A stretch of 63,842 nucleotides of DNA, filler included, from Folioceros fuciformis (Eukaryota), in the NCBI GenBank assembly GCA_049999805.1. It is 10 parts of 10 records of this genome, joined end to end, with 100 filler letters (N's around TTAATTAATTAA, not from the genome) between each part and the next. Parts side by side here need not be neighbours in the genome. Positions count along the whole stretch, not along the records: positions 4,044 to 18,614 come from JBNGIO010001354.1; positions 18,715 to 21,478 come from JBNGIO010001355.1; positions 21,579 to 28,106 come from JBNGIO010001356.1; 7 more parts are not named here. One strand, 5' to 3'. Shown here one piece after another: positions 10,709-22,700 of this stretch. The notes beneath the pieces were generated by a model. That model was not told the origin of the DNA. It worked only from the letters and a program-made list of their open reading frames with translations, and ran no database searches. The translations under genes and the position numbers were made by a program. Numbering within the stretch: the stretch's first letter is position 1; each line of letters opens with the position of its first letter.

Positions 10709-12268
10709 CTATAATTCCATGTCGTCGTATGCATCACCATCATACCCAACAGAGCTCGTTTCTTCCAGTCGAAGGTCGGCTAACAACTCGTCCAAAGGCA
10801 CAGATGGCACTTCGTCACCGTCCGTCAAGGACCCTGTCTCTGTTGGGGCCCGATATGTCGGATCTCTGTAGATGGAGATTTTAGCTCTCAATTCTGGGTC
10901 CTCCTCGATGTCCTCCAAGAACCTCTCATAGTCTCCGCCAGTCCGGTCCTGGTCATGTCTGCCTGTCTCCTCGATTTCCATGGCCAGGGTCTTGAGCTTC
11001 CAGGGCCGAGGCTTGCCTCTCTTCTTCTGCCGTTTCTCCTCGTAGCTCTTCTTCACAAGAACTGCATCTGGCAGATGAAGACTTTTGTACTTGTCCAGCT
11101 CCAAATCGTTCGTGTTTGCCCCGTACAGGTCGTAGCCCAAAGCGTAGTCTCCAGGGTTCAACAGACGGCCCAAATGAGTCCTAACCGTAAAAATAGTATC
11201 GTTCTTGCCAAAATCACTGCTGCGAGCGACCTGTGCCACAGCTAGGCAAAATTTCCCATTACTCTCCACTGCTCCTCGCTCCTGCTCAATGTCAAGGACG
11301 ATGTACTCCACAAGCTGCTTGCTAGAAAGCAGTGTCCTGTAAGGTGCTCTCCAGTACTGCGAAGCATCAACATAGGCAGTCCTGAGAGTCAAGGGGTCCA
11401 GCAACATAAGGCTGTTGGTTACCCGCGTGCACAACACCAGAGGCCCAATGTTGCCCAACCCTACCGCCACCTTCTGTGGTAAACAAATCAAATCATCCTT
11501 GCAAATAGGACTTATCTCCACAGAAAAAGTGAATTTATAATTGTACGAATTGCTCTTCGTATCATGGGACACCAGCTGCTTGTCATTCCGACCCTTGACA
11601 GGTGCAACATTGTTCAAAAAATCCACGAACTTTAGGGCATGACTTCTGTTTCCAAAGAAAAAATCAACACCCTCGTGTATCTGCTTAATATTGATGGCCT
11701 GATGAGCTGCACTGTGCTTAATTATGAGCTGCTCCAAATAGAAAAACGTGCGCTTGTGGTCCACCTTCTGCCTAACTTGCACCACTGCAATCCACTGATC
11801 AGGGTTTGCCGCAGCCCTAGAACAGGCATCACACATGTGATCCTCCACAACATACTCCACCACATACTGCTGCTCCAGAATCGCCCCGTGCACCACCTCC
11901 TTCTGAATCTTAAGCTTCACCTTCAACCTTTTGGAGTGCGGTTCCGTCCAAATGAATCCAGCGTCCGTCAGCCTCACCTTGTTCAGATTCTTCAGCCTCT
12001 TGATGCAAAATGTGAGCAATTCCTTAGACTCCTGCTGCGCCTTCACCCATGAGCGCGGCGGCTGGAGATAGCGCTCGCACTCGGGACAGTAGAGCACAGT
12101 CACGTGCTTCTGTAATCCCTCCGTGATATCTACCTGCGACGTCAGACAACCTACACACATGTTTGCAGCATTCGGCAACATGGACACGCCGCACACGCAG
12201 CACAGCACCCGCCCCACCGTATGCTGCACGGTGAACATCTCGCCCGCCAGGCCGCCTTGGAACGCCAT
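10709..12268 (-). CDS. NMD3: 60S ribosomal export adaptor NMD3, intronless
   Basis: CCVCG..NAANMCVGC, YCPECERYLQPP, FIWTEPHSKRLKVKL, QVRQKVDHKRTFFYLEQL, THLGRLLNPGD, and a C-terminal acidic/NES-like region. The first ATG is at 12268. Confidence 0.95.
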   Translation of the reverse strand: MAFQGGLAGEMFTVQHTVGRVLCCVCGVSMLPNAANMCVGCLTSQVDITEGLQKHVTVLYCPECERYLQPPRSWVKAQQESKELLTFCIKRLKNLNKVRLTDAGFIWTEPHSKRLKVKLKIQKEVVHGAILEQQYVVEYVVEDHMCDACSRAAANPDQWIAVVQVRQKVDHKRTFFYLEQLIIKHSAAHQAINIKQIHEGVDFFFGNRSHALKFVDFLNNVAPVKGRNDKQLVSHDTKSNSYNYKFTFSVEISPICKDDLICLPQKVAVGLGNIGPLVLCTRVTNSLMLLDPLTLRTAYVDASQYWRAPYRTLLSSKQLVEYIVLDIEQERGAVESNGKFCLAVAQVARSSDFGKNDTIFTVRTHLGRLLNPGDYALGYDLYGANTNDLELDKYKSLHLPDAVLVKKSYEEKRQKKRGKPRPWKLKTLAMEIEETGRHDQDRTGGDYERFLEDIEEDPELRAKISIYRDPTYRAPTETGSLTDGDEVPSVPLDELLADLRLEETSSVGYDGDAYDDMEL

Positions 12269-12965
12269 GCCTCCTTCAAAGAGCTTCAATTCTCCACTTC
12301 TGACAGAATGAGCTCAATTCACAATTCCGCTGCTCCCACACAACCAAGCTCGCCAAGCCGCGCCCTTCCTGCCGTCACAAGTAGCCAAACGCGATAACAG
12401 CAACAATTCCGGGATCCGCCGCTCGGAGCAGGGAAGAAAACGCGACTCCAGGTTCGGCGGCACTCCAAGTTCACGAGGGGCTACGAGTCGATGACCTCGC
12501 GGGTCCCCGACTTCGAGTTTTACGGTATACATCTAGGGTTCATATATGTATAGGGAGATACTTGAGTATAAACACGGAAACTTAATTTAAAAGGAGACGT
12601 GAAATATTAGCTATATCCAGTTTATGGGACCTTGTCCTCTGACGGCATGGCTTTGGAAGCACAAAGGTATGTCAACTTGGAGCAGAACTGGAAAGTGGAA
12701 ACAAATTTTGTTCCTAAAAAGTTGATTATGAGATTCATTATTTTCTCAAGCCACATGACAAGAACTTGCCAAAACTATGGAAGAGGAAGTAGGACAATAG
12801 TTTCCTACCACATGGAGACTATAGAGAAGTCATCAAAGATTAGGGCACAGCAAAAACTTCCCTAATATATATACCACACCCTACCACAACAAACAAGGGT
12901 GTAGAGATGTTATCAAAGATTTAGAGGCTGTGAGAACCTGCTTAACATAAGACACCACACAATTC

Positions 12966-13086
12966 CGCACCTAAAGTGGTCAACGCCGCACCTAAAGTGG
13001 TCAACCGTTGCACCTACATTGGTCAACTCCGCACCTAAAGTGGTCAACGTCGCACCTGAAATGGTCAATGCCGCACCTAATGTGGT
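12966..13086. repeat. About 21-bp minisatellite (CCGCACCTAAAGTGGTCAACG), about 6 copies
   Basis: Direct reading of tandem units. Confidence 0.85.
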
Positions 13087-13919
13087 ATTGCTTAACGTAT
13101 TTATGAAATTATTATTTAATTCTATTCTTAAGAAAGATATAGAAAATCCAACCAGACAACCAGATTAGGGCCAAAGGCCAAAAGGATACTAGCCCTTTTG
13201 AATATCGTTGAAACCCTAAACCCTTATTTGAGAAACAATTGATTAGTCATCATCTTCTTATAATCATTAGCTTCTAAAAGTATTACAATTGAGGTGTAAA
13301 AGAGTATTATCAATTATTTTAGAGCACAAGGTAGAAGTTATTTAATAATATTTATTTTTAGTAAAATTTATGAATCTGGGTCAGCTAAATATAGCTTATC
13401 AATTTTCTTTTTGGATTAGGGTTTACGATTTTCAACCCTAAATCATAAGATTAAAACCCTAAAAAAAAACAATAACTCTAATAAAATACATACATAAAAA
13501 AACCCTAACAAAGAAAACTTTAATGCATCCATAAGCCCTAAGCCTAAAATAATGAAGCGTATTATTTCAAACTGGTAAGGTTTGTATCCACCAGCGGGTT
13601 AATAGAACGCGGATGTAGTTACACGTGTTATTAACAAGTTGTTTTGTTCTGGCGGACAACTAAAATGGTACGATGCTGGACAAAGACGAATGGATGCTTC
13701 ACGCCAGAACCCTGGAGCGCTACATCTACCATCCGGATGACTGACATAGGCATTCCTCGGTCTTCATCTTGACATAAAACAAATGAAGATATTGCGAAAT
13801 TTCACGTACAGTGCAAATAAGTGTTGTTGAGCAGGTGATGACGTGCCCTAAGGAACTGCCTCTGTGTTCCTCCTTGTCTAAAAGTATAGATCTGAAGTTG
13901 TGAGGCGAACTCCCGCACC

Positions 13920-14551
13920 ATGGCGGATCAAGCGGACAAGGGTGGTATCCACCAATTGCTGGAGGCGGAGAAGGATGCACAGCAGATCGTTGCAAATGCG
14001 AGAGCTGGTAAGGGTTTGGTTTGTTGTTCGCTCAGAGCAAACGAGCTAATTTGTGTGTCTAACGGTGTGAGTGTGGTTGGTTTTCTGTATTGTGTGGCAG
14101 CCAAGACAGCGAGACTGCGGGAAGCTCAGGACGAAGCGACCCGGGAAATAGCGGCTTACCGTGCCCAACGGGAGGCCGAGTACAAGCGGAAAATTGCTGA
14201 GGTGTGGTGGGAGACAATGAGAGTATCTCTACAGCTGGATTCATGGTTTCCGGTCTGGGACTAGGTTTTTTGGTGTTGTGCTCCAGCTGATCTGCTCATT
14301 GTCCTTCTCCCTCAGTCTACGGGGAGTTCCGGGGAGACTGTCAAGCGGCTAGAAGGGGAGACCGCGTCGAAGATTGAGGCCTTGCAATCAGGAGCCGCTG
14401 AGATCGCTGGCGAGGTACAGTGTGCATGCTTTCGGTCCTTAGTGTAGGGTCCCAAGTGTTCAGGAGGTATTCTAGCGAGGCCTGATTCAGTGTTGCTCTT
14501 GCGCAGTTGACTCAGCTGGTGCTGAAGTACGTGACTACAGTGAGAAACTAG
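13920..14551 (+). CDS. VHA-G: V-type H+-ATPase subunit G; exons 13920-14007, 14101-14201, 14316-14414, 14507-14551 (110 aa)
   Basis: [52 protein letters not shown]..|[14 protein letters not shown]. All three introns are GT-AG and preserve the frame. Confidence 0.93.
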
Positions 14552-14820
14552 TGCGCTTGTGCTTATGTTTAAAAGAAAATGCAAGTTCTATCCCTTATTC
14601 TTGCACGGAGCAGAATGTGAGAAATCTTGTTCTTGGCAATTGGCTTGTTGCTTCGGTAGCCTCTTTTCTCTTGCACTGCCAACGAGTTACCCTGTTCATT
14701 ATATCTTTCTCCATTACATTCGGAGTTGGCCATCTTGTGAGCAATGCACCAGGCTTGTCTTTTCTTGGGAATGGGTGTCACTAATTCCTTGGAAAATGTG
14801 AACCCTCTCACGTGAAAAAC

Positions 14821-17800
14821 CTACGTGAAATGATCCAAGCTCATGCCAAACTGCCTCCTACATTCGTACTCAAAGCGATGGTACTCAACCTCTGCAATTT
14901 CATCCCATGCGAAACGCAGAAGCTGCTCCTCTCGTTCCTGCAGCGTGAAACGGCCAAGGTTGGTAAGGACGTCGCCGTCTGCACAAGTGCAAGGTGAAGT
15001 GAAAGTTTAAGTCACCTTCGCATCAATCTCTATCTGATGCCTTTTCTCCGTTTGGTGGACCCTCTCCTTGGCCCGCATCTCGACGTCGTCTCTCCACGCC
15101 TTTTGCCTGTCAAAAAAACTCTTCACCGATTGCCTCTGCGCAAGTTCCCAGCAACTTATGGTTACCAGTTGTTTTTGGAAACCTCCACAGAATAGAGCCC
15201 TCCTTGCAATACCTCCTTATGCTGCATCCGTCGCAAGTTTCTGGGTATTTCCATTATGTGAAGGATCCCTTGGATGTCTCCAATTGCTATGAGCTGAGGG
15301 GCTGCCAATCCACCAGAGAACATCTGTGACTCCACTAGATTTTTCCAGGCATGGCCATATTCACGAGCAGCACTAGGCAGTACGTACATGAATCTTTCCA
15401 AAATTCAATGGAAGTAAGCTGACATGACCCAACGGATACAACCATAGATGGTTGGTGGCTGTGATCAAGTAAGTCCCAGACCTCCATCGTTCCATCGATT
15501 AGGCCAATGTAGATCACGCCTGGACGGGTGGGGCTCCAGCAACCAGTTGTTAAATAGCCTTCGGCAGACCTTGATACAAAGATGGGCTTCTGTAGAATCA
15601 GAGAGCACCTGTTCATGGCAATGTCACACCTTTTTTTCGGACAAGACACTGTTAAAGTTACGCAACCAACCATCAGATCTTCTCTCCAGATCGCAAATGT
15701 CCAGATATCCACTGATAGCAGAATGTTGTCAAAGAAAGGCGAATGGTGAAGAGAGCGCACTGGCCCATTATGACACCCATGGATGCCCTTGACACAGCTT
15801 GCACCTTCTGGAACGTTCATATCTGCTTCGACCACCTCCCCATTCTGAAACGAGCAGATGCTCTACAGTGAGCTCGTACGCCGGTAGAAGAAACAACGAT
15901 AGACGCGATGGGTCAGAGCATACCTCAGTGCTAACGAAAAACCGAGCCTCATCTTGCTTTAACTGCGGAAACGTCAGCTTCAGAGGACCGATAGGGCGAG
16001 GTGGATCAGTGCAACAGATTTCCATTGTATAAAAAGGTGCCCACTTGTACTTCTCTTCTGCAGCACGTGCCCTTTCTTCATCTGACATGCCCGGTTGCAT
16101 GTAGGTCTGACTTTTTTTGCTGATGTCCCAAAAAATGATCTAAGGGACATCGTGTTGACGGTATGAACAGCCGTGATTAAGAACACTCAAACCTAGTCGC
16201 TGACAGAAGGAGACCTCGGGCAGCTCTTTAACAAGACAATGGCATGACTAGGATCCAGAGACATACTTTTCCGTCCGCAGAAATTGACGCCAGCAAGCTT
16301 GTTTCTCCCGTTTTCGGAATGGGAATTCTTGACTTTGCGGTAAACTGCATGAACATTCACCTCCCAATCCATGATGCAAACGATACAACCCGGCTGTTGA
16401 AGTCTAAGAATGAAACACCTAGACAAATCCACCGCACCAGGCTGCTCTGGGGCTGAAGCCGTTAAAACACGGGATAGAGAGCAAAAGTACCTGAAAATCG
16501 TCGGGCAGCCAGTGCAGGTCTAGCACAATGGTGTTATGTGACATGGAAGCATAGCTCAAAAGAGTGAACAGGACTACAGGTGCCTGATACGCCTTTCCCT
16601 TCTCCCTTTCTACCTCTTCTGCATCTTTCTCTTTTGCTTTCGTGTTACTCTTGTCCCCCTTGCTCGCCTTTTTCTTGAGCTTCTCTCTTGCCTCAGTGAT
16701 GTCCCATAACATGACCTGGAAGCAGTAAGATACTAAAAGATGAATCACCTCAGACGCAAAAACTATGAATCATGCAAGTTGAGATCACAACCTGACCATT
16801 GAAGCAGCCTCCAGCTATTAACTCAGGATTTGAGGGGTTGAACCGTAGACTGAAAATGTCAGAATGACCATCCAGGACCATCTGCAGAAACCTTAAAGAT
16901 TAGTCACCAGAGCCTTCCGCGGGACATAAAACCAAGCTCAAATGCCCATATGCAGAGATCACCTGTCACAACAATGATTACTCCATGACCAGAGGGACAA
17001 GATAAACACCTGGGGATGAATTGGGTCATTGAAACTCCAAACAAGAACATAGGAATCGCCAGGCTTTCCAGCAGCGTGCAGTCGCTCATCAAAGTTTTTG
17101 GATTCGGAGCAGGCAGCTGCCACTATGCCTCGTCTTCCAGGCATCCAATCTATCGCAGATATCATCTTCCCTTTACAATACGTCAGTTCAAAGAAAGCTT
17201 GATATTCCTGCAATCGAGCGGGATCTCTTTAGCCCTACAAGAAGCTGTGAGCTTGAACGCAACCATATCACATCCAGAAGTGCTGCTGTGACATACAGTA
17301 ACTACGCTGATAGACTTGTGGTCAAGGTGTCCATCCTCCTCAGTAAAATTGGAGAAATCATCCTCAAACACATCCATTATCTCATTCTGCTGTAGCGCAT
17401 CAACGTATCTATTCACAAGAAAATGCATTTGATACCCGGCCTCCTGCCTCTAAACTTGACCTCAGGGTTTATGCAATGCAGATGCATAAAGAAAAGGAAG
17501 TAAGACATTCACGCGAGTTAGAAACTTGCATTCGTTTAGCCTCCTTGAGGAATCTGAACATCTGCTCACTGGAGAGTATTTCGGCCTTTCTACTTTCTGG
17601 AAGGTCTCGAGGCTCGTATTGCACACAGTTGTTGCGCTGCCTTTCCCTATCGAATGTTTCATTTCACACAAAAGACGAGTCAACTTGCGGTTACCGACGA
17701 GGCTCTTGTTAATAGAAATGAAAACTTCAAGACTCACACGCTTACTGCATTGTCTGAGTCCCAGTTGTTTTGTACGTGGGAATAGCTTGTATGCCAACAT

Positions 17801-18614
17801 CTTGCTCTGCCAGGGATTTGTCAAAGCTAATGTCCTTAGCAGGCCGGACCTCCATTTGACTGCTACTCCATGATTCCTGCCAGAAAAAAACTACAGTGAC
17901 GGCCGTCTTCACTAGCAAGCTTGCAGTTTGGTGTAATACTCAGAGAATTCCCTAACAGTCAAAGCTGGGCCTTTCCAGGTCATCCTAAGCTGTCAAGAAC
18001 GGTACCAGAGCATCCCTGTCTACGAACTTGTAGGGAGCATAGAAATCCCTCCACTTCCTTGTCGCTTTCACCATGATCTAGAGCCATGACCGGTATGCAA
18101 TTCGATTTAGACATTGGAACAGAACTTGGTTTGTAAATCAGTCATAAAGTCCATCGAACCATGACATTGAGAAGTCTGCACAACCAGTAGCTGCCCCACC
18201 TGAAGAGACACAGTATATTCTTTTACTTACTGGCTCTCTTCCAAGAACAATGGCCTCAGCTGCAATCTCCTTTTCACTGCCAAGAGTCTTCCATTTCCTT
18301 GGTTTTTTCTTTTCTTCTTCTGCTGCCTTTTCAGCTGCTTCCAGGTCTGCTTGAACCTTCACCACTCATCAGGGCCGCAAACAGGTAAGATTTAGCCACG
18401 AGAATCTTCAGTTTACGACGCAAGACAACTCATTCAGCAGGTCACCTTCAGAAATCCTTCTTTTGCGAGGAGGGTGACGCACACTTCAATGTTCATAGCA
18501 TCCCCATATCTGTCGTTCAAATTGTAACGCACAAGAATGTCGTCTTCCGGATAATTCTGCATGTGGGCTTAACGAAGCAAGAGCCATATGAGTCCTCCTT
18601 TGGCCATCTTTTAT
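14821..18614 (-). CDS. WDR63: WD-repeat axonemal dynein intermediate chain (WDR63/DNAI3/IC140-like), multi-exon, 5' end lost in the gap
   Basis: Exon peptides WKTLGSEKEI, ALQQNEIMDVFEDDF, EYQAFFELTYCKGKMISAIDW, QVMLWDI, HNGPVRSLHHSPFF, GCWSPTRPGVIYIG..GTMEVWDLLD and LIAIGDIQGILHIMEIPRNL. The last exon ends ..EYECRRQFGMSLDHFT* (stop at 14821-14823). Confidence 0.8.
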
Positions 18615-18714
18615 NNNNNNNNNNNNNNNNNNNNNNNNNNNNNNNNNNNNNNNNNNNNTTAATTAATTAANNNNNNNNNNNNNNNNNNNNNNNNNNNNNN
18701 NNNNNNNNNNNNNN

Positions 18715-20326
18715 GCATCCCGGACAGACAAGCCCCGAGAACCCGCTTCGTGAAAAGCAAGATACAGGGAATGCAACAACGAGCCTATTGGCTTGTTCGA
18801 CGGATGATCCGAGTCTCTCCCATCGTTGTCAGGATTCGCTTTCATCTTAACCATGGGTCCCATCTCAACATTGAGCCCTTCCGCAATCAACAGAATCTTA
18901 ACCTCAGGATGTGCAAATTGACAGCAAAAATTCTGCAAAAAGCACCAGGGAGACCACTCAAAGGGGCAACAATTTCCAACATCTACCTGCATCTCTTCTC
19001 TCCAGAGAAGTGGCATGCCTACTGGAAAACAGAACAAAAAATATCGTCAGAAAGACATCGAAGGCAGTCAACCACCAAGAAATCTGGTAGCTGGCCACTG
19101 TTGTTCACGGAAACATCGAGCACCTTTGCGCCACTGCTGGCATTCTTGTGACACCTGCAGCTGCAGCTGCAGCCGCTGCCGCTGCCGCAGCCGCAGCTGC
19201 AGTGTGAGGCCCACCAAGCTGCTCCCCAAGCAATTCCAGGCGTTAGAAATTAGTGCCACTTGCAAGGAAGGTGCTCTGCACTGCATAGCGCAGACACGCG
19301 TGTGTGACGTCCACATCAGAAAAGAGATCTCACTTGCTCAGATGGAGAAACCGTTGCATCATGCTTCGCCGCGTCTTTGCGCCCGAAAGCGTCCTCCCAG
19401 AGCCTCTCAGCGGTCGATACATGGAGTATCCGAGGCTTCTTCTTCGAAAACCTCCCGGTTGTGCCAAAACTACGAGAATGGTGTGGCGTCCTGGGGCGCT
19501 TCAGATGAGGAGACAGTCGGGAGTCACAAGACCAGCCTCCGTTACCCGCAGAGATCCCCGCAGCATCGGCTTCCTTCAGCTGGGTACCAGCAATCCCGTT
19601 CACTTCCACCTTCCTCCTCTTGTTAAGAAGTGCCTTACCCCCGTCGTCCGGAGTGCTCATAATCTCCGGATCAGAGCTGCGTCTCGGCGGACTCCGGTTG
19701 TCATCATCCGCCTCCGCCATAACATTAAGGTCCACGGGCTCCGATTGTCGTCCCCGCTTCACGGAGGAAGCATTCGAGTCATGCACGCGTCTGTATCCAG
19801 GAATCGCACTTGCACACAGAGACAAGATGGTGTCCGTCGTGTCCTTGATCAGATGACGTAGATCATCGCTGGCCTGTTGGGCGGAAGAGACTTCCCTCCC
19901 TCGGATTGTGGCTGGCGGCGTTGTTGCATCGTCCCTGTGCTGCTTACCTTCCACTTCCACGGCGTAATGCCCAGCGGATGGTTCCAGGTGAACAGCACCA
20001 GCACTCTGTCCTGCCTCCCTCTCGTCCGGTGGCCCAGACTCCACCAAATCCAAGTCTGCGGCTCCTGCAGGGCACGTCGCACCGCTCCCATCCTCCCTAG
20101 GAACAGATACATCATGTCCGCCAGGCGTGTGCACCGTTCCTTCGGAGCTGCTCGTACCAGCTGTGACCCGAGTCAGGATGGAATACAATACGGACTTGTA
20201 GTCTACTCCTCCGCCGCCCGCACACAAACCCTGCTTGAACCCGCTCCCAATCCCAGGTGCGAACGCATAATGCGCCTGCACATGGCCCTTGGCAAGGAGA
20301 CTGTTTCCCTTGCGTATCCTTGGCAT
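18715..20326 (-). CDS. Unidentified multi-exon protein, largely disordered/basic, with a poly-Ala tract and a possible HARE-HTH-like start near the gap; 3' end truncated
   Basis: A 336-aa ATG ORF ends at a GTGAG donor and has NLS-like KRRK/KKKPR. Downstream PIGSLLHSLYLAFHEAGSRGLSVRD resembles the start of HB1/ASXL HARE-HTH. Confidence 0.4.
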
Positions 20327-22700
20327 GATTCTCGACGGAGCTCACCGCGCCCGGGACTCAGATGCCTGGAACGTAGATCTGCAACAACGGCCGGTGGCGA
20401 AAATCAGCACAGCCAATTTCCCCCTGCTCCGCGATCCCACAGGCCTCTAGACCCGCCCAACACAGAAAGCGGAAACCTGCAGCAAAAAAGCGTTTGCATG
20501 CTGCAGCGCAGAACCTCGTCTAGGGATCCAAAGAACAACAATGACATGACAGTCCAACCGTAGACACGACCCAGTACTTGTTCTGATCGCCAGCTGGAGC
20601 AGACACCATGTAAACTGCGTGCAGAAATCCGCAATTGTGACCAGGATAGCAAGCGCTGTGCTGGGCCACCTGAGAGAACATTCCGGCCAGGCCAGGCCAG
20701 TCCAGTCCAGTCGGCCAAGCAAGAAATCTGTGCTGGCTAGATCAGAAGAATAAAGAGCCAAGACGACGTCCTCGAGAGGCCAACGTCACCAGGTACAGCA
20801 ACCGCCCGAAGGTGCACATAGGTGAGGTTGATAATTCCCGTGTGAATCGGCACAGCCGGGCCCGAGGCGCGGGAGATCAGAACCCCACGGGCCGCACGCA
20901 CATGAAATGGCTCATTCAGTGTGGGAAGAAGTGCAATCGGAGACCACAGATCCGACAAGGGTTCAGAAGCAATAAGGAGCGCTTCTGCAGTCGAGGGGGA
21001 CCGAGGCCCACCAACACGCAGACTGAGTCTCAGCTCAGCTCCGCGATACTGGACCACGCAACATGCACAGATTTTACACAAGGACCACCTGCTTCCGGAA
21101 CAAAATCCAGGTCTCACTCTGACCCCGGGACGAGGCCAGCACCACACACACGAGCCTGGAGCCTGGAGCCTGGAGCCTGAAGAGAACTTCGACGGCCGCA
21201 GTGAGGCGGATCGGAAATGCGCAGAGTGCTGGACAACCGGAGTCCCGAGCGTAGACGGCAGCTGGACCTGTGACTCCTCCAACCTGAACCCCCCAGGCCG
21301 GGCGACTCCAGCGTACCCGACGTGCACCCCACTCACTCCTCACGCCCGCGGAGACGACACACTCTCAATCCGACACCACAAGAGCAACACACAGAGCAGA
21401 ACCCCGACGAGAGACACTCCCTCCGATCTCCCCTCACCCCCCCTCCCTCGGACCTACAGCATGGTCCCGCAACCTCAGNNNNNNNNNNNNNNNNNNNNNN
21501 NNNNNNNNNNNNNNNNNNNNNNTTAATTAATTAANNNNNNNNNNNNNNNNNNNNNNNNNNNNNNNNNNNNNNNNNNNNGACCAGCAGAAACAGCACAGAA
21601 GCAGGCCTGGGACAACTGCTGCGATCAGCCACGCACCCGATCACGCCTCAGTGCGGGCTTCCCGAAACATGCATCTCTCGTTCTGCGACGGCGGCGCAGA
21701 GATGCTCGTGTCAAATGCTGTGCCCACATCTGATCTCATCCTTGAGACGCAGCTCCACCTGTCTTGTCTACTCCACTTTCCTGGCCCTCCAACATGGCCC
21801 AAGAGAGAGACGAGGGTTTTGAGAGAGAGGACAGGCTGCCCGGCCCTGAGACTGCCTGCCCGCTCCGTACGACTGTGTAGTTGAAAGGCCCTGGCAGGTC
21901 CCGGCCCACTTCCCTCCATCCCGGCCAGGCCTTGGAGGTTATATATATCACCACCTATTTATTGCTGTCAAATTCATGCTATTTTTCAACTATTCTCAAT
22001 ATTGAATCCCATAATGAAACCACTATGCATATCCAAGCCCTCCATATCGCAATCCCATCCATGTTTTTCTTCTCACACGTCATGGGTTCTATCTATCCTT
22101 TGTCTCTAGTTGTCGCCACCTCATCGAACGGCAATACATTAAACAAAAACGGGACGTTCCTGCCTTTTCTTCCCTCCTTTCAAGCACCCCGCAAAAGAAA
22201 ACACTAACTAAACAAACACGTTAAGTAATAATTACATTATTTTATGGCATATAATATTGAGTTTTAAGTCTCTGGCTCGTCTGAGGTGCTGTTCGTGGAG
22301 GGGAGGAGTTGTGTGGAGGAAGGAGGGGGACTGGAACGCTTGGAAGATGGGAGAGCAGAGTTGGAGAGATTCAGTTCGACGTTGTCCCTTCCGTCCTTGA
22401 GAGGTTTTTTCCGTGCATACGCGGTTTGTGCGACTTCCAAAGCGAATGAGTGGCAACACAACATGTATGTACATCTACACTGTGGAGTTTGGGACAGCTG
22501 GAAGCCGTAATAAGTTAAGTGTCTTGAACACGCAGTCCGGGAGACGACATTATCCTAAGACAAGACTAGGCAGAATATACCCGCGGGTAGCTTACCTGAG
22601 CGGGTAGTGGAGCCGGAGGGGGCTCGTGCGCGTCTGCACGATCGCAGGGGAGAGGCGCGTGGGAGGGGGCGGATCGGCGTCGGAGTGGCTGGAGCGGGAC

